From assembly GCF_004010195.1 (NCBI RefSeq), contig NC_057718.1, positions 46,915,262 through 46,952,117 of the forward strand: a stretch of DNA of 36,856 nt, read 5' to 3'. The stretch is from Chiloscyllium plagiosum (taxonomy: Eukaryota). The notes beneath the pieces were generated by a model, which saw nothing but the letters and a program-made list of their open reading frames with translations, made no database searches and was not told the origin of the DNA. Positions within the stretch are counted from its first letter, which is position 1. Every line of letters starts with the position of its first letter. This document shows positions 1 to 10,682 of the stretch, one piece after another. The position numbers and the translations under genes are program-made.

Positions 1-644
1 CATCAATTTATTCTTTAACTCTAAAAGTGAACATTAAACAACAACTATTTATAACTCTAAGCCTCCTTTCTCTTACGTGTTTGTTATCTGCCTCCAACTC
101 TATAACAATATACTGTTCCAATAACCACCCATAGTAAAATTACATCAACTTAATTTCAAAACCACATAGTGGCTGTTATCTCTGGTGTCTGTCTTCCTCT
201 GGCCGTAGATCTCCCTGGGTCGCCTTCGGTCTTTTACTGCAAAGATGTTTCATATGAAAAATATACCTTTGATAGAGTATGTTTTGCTGGAAGTTACTCT
301 ATTGATGGCAGCTGGTCTCACTCTAACTTTCAAAATATCTGCTTCCTTATACCCCAAACATTGATCGTCTCATTGTTCGATGCTGGCAAAACAGTAAATT
401 CAAAATCAATTGGGTTTTGGTATCCTGGGGCATATTTTAAACTGATTGGTTAAATTCAAATGGCTGTCAAAATAGCAACCAAAACTCAGGTATTTGTTTC
501 CCAGCCAAATATTACATATTTTCAATTTTCCAGTACACTCTGAGACTGCTAGTCAGTCACATGACAGGTGTCTGCAAGCTCTCAGTGCAAACAGCATTCA
601 CTTTCTCTTAAACGTATGGTGCATGCCTTCAAATCCATAATACA
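1..644 (-). mobile_element. LTR-like sequence, truncated by the window edge, abutting or inserted into a Gypsy integrase remnant
   Basis: The minus strand begins TGTATTATGG at 644, exactly where the integrase frame starts on the other side. A TATA-like GGGTATAAGG lies near 345-354 and AATAAA at 7-12 (minus strand), in LTR order. No coding potential. Confidence 0.5.
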
Positions 645-1433
645 GCTAATGGGCCATTATTTAACAGCAGGGAATTTGAGTATTTCCTAAAGTCAAATGG
701 TATTCATCATATAAGGACATCCAATGGTCTCACAGAAAGAGCAGTCTAACCTTTGATGGCAGTCTTAAAGAAACAGCTTACAGCTTCACTAGATACCCAA
801 TTGTCCCGGTTCCCATTTGATCAAAGGATCACCCCTCATGCAACTACAGGGTTAGTTCCAGCAGAGTTCAAACTAGGAGAAGACTCTGCACCAGCTTAAA
901 TCTGATCTTCCCAAGCCTGGGGGCGGTGACGGGAGTGGGAGGGTGAAACAGCATTATGAATGCCAATGCCGGACACAAGACACCTCTAAGCAAGAGAGAC
1001 AGTTTACTTCATGGGACAATGTTTGTTGTGGGAACAGTGGGGAATGGCCCTGCATGAGTAAGAGCCATTGTTGACATGAGGTCAGGTCTGGTGATGTATA
1101 AAGTTTGGGTCGATGACGATCCTGAACAAGCACGTGGACCATATGAAAGCTGCAAACACGCAATGGTATGGGAACAAAATGTGCCCAGCTCCTCAACCGT
1201 CTTTCCAGAACCTGTGGTTTTTCCCTCTGTCAGGCATTGAAGATACCTCAGAATCTGATATGGACATTTCAATATTACCACTCGATGTCTTTGCCATCTG
1301 AAGAGAACCAATTTCTACTGCGATGCCCCAAATGCAAGAAGCGGGCTACAAACTACTGGTTCAGAGGCAGAGTTGTATGAACCTGACCTGGAACTAAAAA
1401 AAGTCTATTGTCCTCAGAGTTGTGGGGGAGGGA
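645..1433 (+). mobile_element. Degenerate Gypsy/Ty3 LTR retrotransposon internal region (integrase core, C-terminal part, polypurine tract)
   Basis: Frame from 645 reads ANGPLFNSREFEYFLKSNGIHHIRT-SNGLTERAV*PLMAVLKK...TPHATTGLVPAE. This matches the retroelement integrase DNG..F.S..F...GI.H....PYHP.SNG.AER motif with a stop, a deletion and frameshifts. PPT GGGGGAGGGA at 1424-1433. Confidence 0.85.
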
Positions 1434-1655
1434 TGTAGTGATTGAGGTCAGCCAGGTGGCCCTCATAGAATGAGTTTTCTGATTGGGCCAGATTAACAGC
1501 CCCAATCTGAGAGCCCGAACTGACACAGGAGTGTCAGAAGATCTGTTCATTCTGAAAACCAGCTCTGAGTAAGCTGGGCCAGTGTCAAGGACTCTCCACA
1601 TGTAAATAAAGGATGACTTGGGGATAAGATACCGGCTACTGCTGGAATTATTTCA
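1434..1655 (+). mobile_element. 3' LTR of the Gypsy element (222 bp, TG...CA)
   Basis: Starts TGTAGTG immediately after the PPT, ends TTATTTCA, and has AATAAA at 1605-1610. Confidence 0.75.
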
Positions 1656-2375
1656 AGCAGTAGCTTGCTTTGTTCAAAGAGAGGCAAGTAGCACATTGAT
1701 ATTTGCTTATGAGGCCAGGCCTGGAAGTTAATTGCATGGTTCAAATAGATATTTTAGTTCCGGTGATACATTGTTCTCATATATGGTCAGATGACAGACA
1801 TTTGAATGTTAATTAGGGCCTTATAGGAAATAACCAGTCTAACAAATAAAAAATAAAGTTTGAAAATGTCTTGAAAAGTTTTAGTCGGAAAGATAGTGGC
1901 TGCAAAAGCTACAGGTCAGAGGTTTGATTGCTCCTGGAGTATCCACCCATTATTGATTTATTGAAAGCTTGGAGAATATAGTCTCTGTTAAGCATGGAAT
2001 GAATACTCCTCAGAGCCTACTGGAACTTATTTGTATATATCAGTGTCTTTAGAAACTAAGCACGATACAATGTTGTAGATATTATAGATGGTGGAAACTG
2101 CTTAAGTGAATTGGCCAGTTATATATTCTTTATCTCTTTTCATTATATTCCTTACTGGTGTCTGTTTGATTCTAGCCCCTACTTAAACAAAGAAAATTGG
2201 ATTTAAATCGTAGACATAAATTAGGTTACCTTGCTGCTTAACTTTGCTAAAGCTACTGTATTATTAATAAATTAATCCCTTTGTGAGAACAATACATTTG
2301 ATGTCTAGTTGTAGTTATCTGGTTAGGAATCATTGAGGCAAATTTGAGTGTTAGAGGAGTATTTTACTTTTACTG

Positions 2376-3402
2376 ATTTGGAGGTGCTGGTGTTGCACAC
2401 TAGGGTGGACAAAGTTAAAAACCACACAACAACAGGTTATAGTTCAACAGGTTTATTTGGAGGCACTAGCTTTCAAAGCGCTGCTTCTTCATCAGGTAGT
2501 TGTGGAGCAGAATTATACGACAGAATTTATAGCAACAGGATTGAGATTTCAATGGAATGCAATATTAAACAAATTTAGTTTGAGCCTTTCATCTTTTAGA
2601 GTAATTACATTAGTTGTAGTTCCTTCGTATGTAAATCCCCCAGAAGTTTAGCTACATTCTCAAGATAGCTGTGGTGGCACCTCTTGTCAAAAGCTCAGAT
2701 AACGCAACGAAGGTATGAAGTTGAAGTCTATGTCCCAACGTTAGGTCAGATTGATGCTATTTCTAAAGTGGGATTTACTGAATTTTACATGGACTTATGC
2801 AGTTTTTGAGCAAAATAGAATGTAATTCTGCAAGTACAAATTCACCCCACAAACTTGTGCATGTGCAGGGGAAAGTGTCTCTGCGAGTGTAATGGGGTAT
2901 AAGTCTGTGAGAGGCTATGTGGATGAGACGGTGTGTGTGTGCACACACGTGGTGGGGGGGAATATCGATGTGCGAGCAGATGAGAGTCTGCACGAGTGTA
3001 CGTGCACACATACACTTGTCCAAGTGTGAGCATATGTAGTGCAGTGGTGTCACCTGTAGTGTGACATCAACCCAAGATCCAGGTTGAGGCCATCGCCAGG
3101 GGTACCAAACTTGTCTATCAGCCTCTGCTCAGCCACTTTATGTTGTTTCCTGCCTTGGAGGATGGTCACCTGAAGGTCTGAGCCCTAATGTCCTGGATTG
3201 CTGAAATGTTCCCTGGACTGGGAGGGATCACTCCTGCCTGGTGATTGTTGAGTGTCCACACACACTCGGAATCCCCTGCTAGCTACCTGACAAAGGAACT
3301 GCACTCTGAAAGCTTGTACTTTCAAATAGACCTGTTGGACTATAATCTGGTGTTGTTATTTTTAACTTTGTCCACCCCAGTCCAATGCTAGCACTCCCAC
3401 AT
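2376..3402 (-). mobile_element. Truncated Penelope-like retroelement with inverted terminal (pLTR) repeats and a GIY-YIG C-terminal remnant
   Basis: About 2376-2497 and 3285-3402 are diverged inverted copies. Minus strand ~3050-3212 reads EHFSNPGH*GSDLQVTILQGRKQHKVAEQRLIDKFGTPGDGLNLDLGLMSHYR*, with the HF...H and GLN motifs of PLE endonucleases. An imperfect CA/GT tract lies at ~2930-3015. Confidence 0.85.
2467..2495 (-). ncRNA. Minimal hammerhead ribozyme core in a Penelope terminal repeat
   Basis: Minus strand: CUGAUGA-A-GAAGC-AGC-GCUUU-GAAA-GCUA. Both core boxes are intact, stem II has 5 bp, and palindromic AGCU replaces stem III. Confidence 0.6.
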
Positions 3403-6400
3403 TAAGTGGTAAGGTGAGTTTAAGGCTGAATTGTTCACTCCTGCATCTTGTTCATACAGACTACTAATGGAACTTATCTTCCTGATGTAACTAAGATTTT
3501 CAGGGGAAGTGTGAATGATAAGGGCCGAAGTTTAGCAGCTCACTTCAATTAGAGAATGTTAAAATACAATACTCTCAGAACTGAAGCAATACCCAAATAA
3601 CAAACTAAAGGATTTCTTTAGGGGTTGGATTTATAATTCTTACTCATAAGCAACAGATGTCAACTCAAATTTCAGGTTTTCTTTTTACTTAATCACGAAG
3701 GAAATGGCTAAAACAAAAGTGCTGTGGTGTATAAACTTGGGCTTAGAATTGGAATTTTATTGGATGCAATAAATAAATAATCTGATTATTTATTTTCTGC
3801 CATTTACATCTGGCAATGTGGTAATTTAAAGGGGTCAATTTGTGCTGTGTGAAGGAAATTTGGGTTATGTGCAGTGCTTAGGGGATACACTAATTTTAAA
3901 AAGCTTTCCTTGGTTCAAGTAAAACTTACGCTCTAAGAAACAAATGTGATTGGAGCCATGCATTTTATTTTGAATATTTTATTTTAAACATTTCAAGAAA
4001 ACAAGAGGTAATACATTAGGTGTACAACCTGACATAATTACATTTGGCTTCCAAGAAGCAAAACATTAAATATACAATTGTTATACACAGTGTTAAATGC
4101 AGGTAAATGATTCAAATCTAATGTAGACGATAAATAAACTCTCCTTAACCTAGGTTCTAGGAAAGAACACAGTAGAAGAGCTACATACAAAAACAAAAGC
4201 AATAAAAAGATGGGTAAAACAATTGCTGCACCCTCCACTTTCCAATTGTCCAAGCGTTACAAACCACTGTAAAGTATGCTTTGGCACAAGTCATTTACTG
4301 TTGCCCATAGTTTCCTAATGAATTGTTATTTGCACAAAATTGCTACATCCAAAATGGCTTTCCAGTTTTTCTGGTATAAAACACAAGTAATTTTCAAGGA
4401 GAGCTTTAATCTCTCCTAAAATTGAGTCCAGAAGTCTGAAAGTTGTTGAATATTTCAGATTTGTCAGTTGAAATTTGCTGGAAAGGTACAGGGGACAGAC
4501 CTCATTAAAGCTGAATGAGGCACATGCTAATGGGCAGGTTTGCCCTTGTGTCACTGATGTCTAGCCATTCTTATAAACTTAAGTATCAGAATATGCCATT
4601 CTGCTCAGTAGTTTACTGAACTATTTTTTTTTTTACAGAATGCAGAGAACCATACAAACTTTGATTTTAAGAGAACAACCAATTAATTGACATTAAATTT
4701 GATACAAAACCAATAAAATCTTGGGTCATCTTTTAACGATGGTTAGTTGATTGATGCTTCTTCAGTAGAAGTGAATGATACACCCATTCAAACCATTACA
4801 CAGTCAATATTTAGATGGATTAAGCAATATAATTTCTTCTTGGAGCTAGATAAGAATAGAAGGGTTCACATTAAGTCAGTCTTATGGACTGCTCTGCATA
4901 AAGTTTCAATCGAAACCCAATGGAAGGCAATGGCAATTAAGTAACTGAAACACTTACATTGGAACTCCAATTCTCAAGCCAATGTAGCTTTGACAGAAAA
5001 TTCCTACAAACTCGTAGGACAAAAAAAAGCCCCACCCACAAGTCCTCAATAACAAAAGAAGACCATTATCTTCTAAACACTACTCAACTTAAATGTAATT
5101 TTTAAAAGTACTCAGTTCTCGTAAGCCCATTAAATGATGTTAGTGAATGTTGGGTTTCAACATCTACCTAGGAATAAAGAGGACTTTAGTTTAAAAACAA
5201 AGTCAGTGAAGATACCAAATATATTTCTTGAGTGAATTCTCACTTCATGGCTGAGTAAGGAAATATTAAAAAAAATTTTGAATGGAAGCTCTGTTTGAAA
5301 GAAAAATAAATGGGACCACTGCCATGCTACATTACTACACAGCATAAAGTGGCACAAGAATCAGAAAAAAAAATTCAATTTTGCTGAACTTCAACAGAAC
5401 GTGCTAACTTTATGCAGAATAAACAGAGTTCACTAACAAATAAGCCATTCCAGGAAATCAGCAATTTCATCTAATGAATATGGAGTGTTATTCATTTCAA
5501 AGCATTTTGGAATTTGACTGGGTTTTCTGATATCATGCACTGTTGTTAACACAAGCAAATTGATACAATTTGCTCCTGGGCTTCCATCAGTGCTGTTCAA
5601 ACCTCTGCACCACCTGCAACTACTTCAATTATAATCCAGAAAAAATGTACTTGTTGATCTTTGAAAATGGCTTGACTACAAACAAGTGAATTGAAGCCTT
5701 TGAAAAGGGGTATAAGGGAGGAATATGAATCACTAAATGTATTACTGGCTAACCTAATGAGAGGTATTAAACTTTTATAAATGTTTACCAAGTTAATTTT
5801 TGCCAAAGCCGTTATATGGTTTTTCCAAACAGAATAAAGCACCAATTATTTTGATCTTGAAATTCTTATATAGCTTGTAGAACACATGCAGAATCCATTT
5901 TCAATCAATCATCCAGTGTTTCCAGCACAAGGTGTTACAATATAATCCAGACAGACAACAGCAGAATAAATATTTAAAGATAACATCGGTACACATAAGC
6001 ACAACATTGAATAGCTTAGTTACATAACCTAAATAAGGCATATTGGACTCTTTTTTTAATTACTCTCTCCAAGCCAACATATATACTACAATGAGGATAC
6101 AACAGTTCTAACTGATAGTCACACGGCACTTTCCGTTCAATGCATGACTAACTTGAGCAATGTATTTTGCTTTTTAAACTATTTTAATACTTATTGTTCA
6201 ACATTTCTAAAAAAAAATTCTACCATACAGATTTTTTAAAAAGTTTGAGAACTATAGAATAGTTGTAAGTCAATGCAAAAATAAATCAGAATCTTAAAAA
6301 AAATGTGGATCAGCTAACTAAAAAGCAAAGACCATGAAGAAAATTTTTTTTTGCATTTGGATGTACAGCTATAAAAGATGTTTAATTCTGAAAAGCAAAT

Positions 6401-6728
6401 TCAACACAATTATTTCGTATAAAAGGGGCAACCCTTTATAGAACAATGTAACAGGAATAGCCACAAAAATAAATCTAGAATCTGTGCTGAGTTATTTGCT
6501 CCACTTGGCTGTTTGACTGGGGTGATACCGGAAACAAAGTTAAAAAACAGTAAAATACTTTAATACTTCAAAGCCACTAAATAAATCTGAATTATGATCT
6601 TCCCAAGAACTTTTATAGTGTGGACCGCTGACTGAACAAAATACTTTAGGAAACATGCACATTAAATTTAATTCATTTAGAATAAAATTGTTTTTTAAAT
6701 CACTAATGAAACATTCCTTAAAAGACAA

Positions 6729-7044
6729 TTAGATTAGATTACTTACAGTGTGGAAACAGGCCCTTCGGCCCAACAAGTCCACACCGCCCCGCCGAAGCGC
6801 AACCCACCCATACCCCTACATTTACCCCTTACCTAACACTACGGGCAATTTAGCATGGCCAATTCACCTGACCTACACATCTTTTTTTGGACTGTGGGAG
6901 GAAACCGGAGCACCCGGAGGAAACCCACGCAAACACGGGGAGAACGTGCAAACTCCACACAGTCAGTCGCCTGAGGTGGGAATTGAACCCGGGTCTCTGG
7001 CGCTGTGAGGCAGCAGTGCTAACCACTGTGCCACCGTGCCGCCC
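6729..7044 (-). mobile_element. tRNA-derived SINE (HE1/V-SINE-like), full length
   Basis: Minus strand starts GGGCGGCACGGTGGCACAGTGGTTAGC (A box) then GGTTCAATTCC (B box), has the V-domain-like GGGTTTCCTCCGGGTGCTCCGGTTTCCTCCCAC, and ends in a CR1-like tail with (TAATC)n. Highly similar to 19989-20313. Confidence 0.92.
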
Positions 7045-8159
7045 ACAAATAGAGAGAGTATCTGTTTAAATGGAAGCCTTATAGCCATGATCTTTCTTTC
7101 ACTTACAATACAGTACTTTTTGGATTCATATAACAAATTTCTTTCATTTAAAAAAAATCCACATAGCCATTATGTGCTGAGTTAGAAGAACAGTTTTTAA
7201 AGTGCACGGATACAAAAGATTGTTATAGTAGTAGACAGGGCATTTCAAGCAATGTTTTCCACCAGCCATACAAGAACACCCAATTCAACTGGATGTTGTA
7301 TGCAGAAATTATATACTTAACATATGTTCTACGCATTATGAACAACTGCATCATTTACAATTGTGAAAGCTCAGTCTTTTGAACGTAGACACTCAAAAGA
7401 GGACAGCTCAAGCCAGAGTTGCAGAATATATACAAGGAAACAAAATGATAAATTTTAATCACTTTTCCCATAATTGGTTTATTACCAAAAATCTCAACAC
7501 AAAAAACTCGAGCATTCTTTTATTGTTCTATAAAGTGGAGCCCTTTTTCTTGCATAAAATTAATTGGAATGTGACTGCCAAATGAGATTCAAATTGGATT
7601 TTCAGTATATTTGCCTTTCCACACATTTCCTTGGTGTAGGAGTTGATTACTAAATTTTTTTATGCCAATTCAGGTCCAGCTAGAGTACTGAAGGGGGGAA
7701 AAAGACTTATTTGGAAGGGAGGGGGAAGGAAGAAAACAAAGAACAAGAGTCAGATTGTTCTCCAATAGCACAGCTGAAATCAGGAAGTGCGGGTGTTTGT
7801 AAAATAGTGGAGGAATTGAGAAAATATAACCACTTAATGTAACCTCTTTCATTGCATCACTTTTAATCACTCTACAAACTCACCACTTGTACTAATTTTA
7901 CCCTTTTCATAAAGTTCACTGCCAGATCATTCCAATCGGTCTAATTAAAAACGAAATAACTGACTATTTGTAGATAACAGAATATTTGTAGATGACATAC
8001 GATAACAAATCCGTCAAAACTTCACAACTTGAATAAATGTAGGCATTTAACAATTGACTGCATAAATTAAGTATAATTTTTCCTAAACTTTTTTCCCCGT
8101 TATTGCACTCCTTAGTGCGGATTTGGAAAATATTTAGTGGAGACATTGAATAAAGTAAA

Positions 8160-8400
8160 TAGAGAAAAACTATTTTCACTGGTAGTTGGGTAAATAGTTA
8201 GCGGACATAAGTTCAAGATTATTAGCAAAAGAACCAGAAGGGAGTAGTTTTGATCTGGAATCCATTGCTTGAAGAGTAATGGCTGCATATTCAAAGATAA
8301 CTTTTCAACAAAGGAATTGGATAATACTCTAAAAGTAATAAAACTAGAGAATGTGGAAAAAGCACCAGCAATGGTGCAAATTAACAAATCGAAAGCTTTA
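8160..8400 (+). mobile_element. Highly decayed CR1-type LINE 3' fragment
   Basis: Resembles the 3' ORF2 region of the younger CR1 copies here (gagaaaaactattttcactgg...ggacataagttcaagatt...tctggaatccattgc). Boundaries approximate. Confidence 0.45.
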
Positions 8401-9739
8401 TGAATTGAAAAGAGACACAGGGTAGTTGCAAATATCAAATTAGAATATATAGTATTTTTGGTTAAAAATTGGAATAAATAACAATTGAGCTAATGGACAA
8501 TAGTCCTAAATAAAATTCCAGAATAGAAGTAAAAAAATTGACAAATTGTGACAACTCCAACATATTCAGCAGTAAAAATCTATTCAAGTACAGACTTAGA
8601 CCAATGTAGAAAAAATACTGTCTAGTCATATTAGTGACTAGTCACTTTAGTTAGACCTGTACATTAAGCTCAAACTACAAATAAAACATTGACAGAATTT
8701 TGTCTAATCAAGCATTGGACCTGCTATTCAATTAAGTAGTACAACTCTTGAAGTTCTGGAAACATGTTCAATACACATCAAATACATTTAACAGAACTGC
8801 TACTGAAAGTCATCTGAGAAATCATTTCTTTGAGTGAAACAGAAAATACTCAAATGGTAATTCAAAGTATAAGATTAGTATACAAATAATCTTTACTGGA
8901 TTTTCTCAGATTGGCTTCCATTTAAAAATGAATTCAACAATGTCATTTAGCTTTCAGATTACTACAAATTCAAATAGTTGGAAATGAGTTTTTTTGTCTT
9001 TGCAAGGCACAGCTATTAAAGTAAGCTGCATGCTAGATGTATCCAGTTGCAGGAAGAGTGCAGCAATCTTCATTTCAAACTGAACTTTTAGCTATATTAA
9101 CTTTTTTTGCCAATGATCTTGTAACACTTCTTTCAATTAGGACATATTTTTCAAGTTGACAAGAGAACGTGATGCCGGTTATATATATGCTCAATGCCCC
9201 TTGGAGATAACAGATAGGTTATGTAGCTTTCGTAGCATATAATGTTCCTTCTGGAAATGGATTAAACTTTTAGTTTCTATAGCCATTAGGAAGAATTCAA
9301 CCTTGCAGAAAATTGATTGGATTGGATCAGCTGTCCATTTTATATTCTGCTTTGCACTTATTTCAATGCAAATTCAATTCAGGTGAGGTTTAAAAACAAG
9401 TCGGCTGATCCAATGCAGTCAGGGTTAGGTCAAAATTTGTCAGCAGTTTTTAAAAAAATTCACTCTCTTATTATTACCAAGATGCTCATCACATCATGCT
9501 AAAAATGCATGCATATGCCTGAATATAGATCAAGATGTGTCTACACAAATAAGCTTGAAATTGTGCACAAACATATACAATACCCCAGACCAATGTGGCT
9601 TAGAATTCTAGTCCTGGCATATCACAGTGCTGTTAAATCAGCATGGTATCAACTCAACTGATAGTGTTCCACTGGTGTTAGTGTTGGATACTTGCCATCT
9701 ATTTCTCTTGGATGTCTGCCAGAATTCATGAACATTTAG

Positions 9740-9850
9740 CAATAGCAGCTGAGATAAGCCACTGGAACCTGCTCTACCATTCAATAAGATATGGCTAATC
9801 TTCTACCTATATATCACTTTCCTGTACTATTTCTACATGTCAATCCCACA
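9740..9850 (-). mobile_element. Decayed CR1-type LINE 3' tail
   Basis: cctgctctaccattcaataagatatggctaat is the reverse complement of the tail motif cagccatga..gaat.gtggagcagac at ~35750-35780. Confidence 0.5.
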
Positions 9851-10539
9851 AAAATATTAAGATAATTTCCTCACTGACCACACTGGTTGGTAAAATCATA
9901 AGTTTTTAAACACCAGCATTTTTCAAATTAGCCAACCTCAGTCAAGATACTAGTAGGTAAGAGGTCCACCGATCTCACTGGACCTTCCTAAGTATATTTG
10001 GGTTAAAATGTGTTGATCCCCGAGATGGATCAATTAATCAACCTCACTGTCTATATTAAATGAACAATGGCCAGCTGCGTAGGTAGAGCAAGATAAATGG
10101 CACTCATGAAAGCATACTCCATTAAAATGTCGTCAGATTTAGGTTCAAATATTTTCACTATCCAATATCATAAACCTGAAACCAAACAGTTCACCAAAGT
10201 ACACCGTGTCATAAAATAATGTACACTTTCAAGAAGAGGGCAAGAAAAAAAAACTGTTAAGGGAAGCTTTGTGACTAATTTTTAAAATATTCAACAATGC
10301 ATTGCAGCCTTTGTTGACAAGGACATTTAATGCCCATTTCTACCTGCTGTTGAGACAACCTATTGGTTTGCTAGGCCATTTCAGAAGGCAATTGGCAGTA
10401 AAATTACTGTTGTGGATTTGGAGCAACATTCAGGCCAGACTAGGTATAAATGGGAACGTTTCTGAAAATCAATAGCATATCATCAACAATTTTCAAGATA
10501 TGCATACAATTCTGATCACACTTCTATAAAAAAAAAAAT

Positions 10540-10682
10540 TGTTAAACTTGAGAGGGTACAGCAAAGATTTACAAAAGGATGTTGCTGGACTGGAGGGTTT
10601 GAGTTACGGGACTAGGTCAAATTGGAATGTCTGAACGGTGCGGACAAGTTGAACAGAAGGGTCTGTTCCAATGACTCAATGT
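10540..10682 (+). mobile_element. Short internally deleted CR1-type LINE 3' fragment
   Basis: aaacttgagagggtacagcaaagatttaca..aggatgttg (LERVQQRFT-like) joined to a tail resembling the SINE/LINE 3' end ggacttgttgggccgaagggcctgtttcc. Confidence 0.55.

Noticed and set aside
6748..7069. ORFs of 86 and 60 aa and their counterparts at 19901-20389
   Set aside because: They are antisense readings of the SINE, not genes.
8633..8646. 14-bp palindrome agtgactagtcact
   Set aside because: Isolated and short, with no supporting context.
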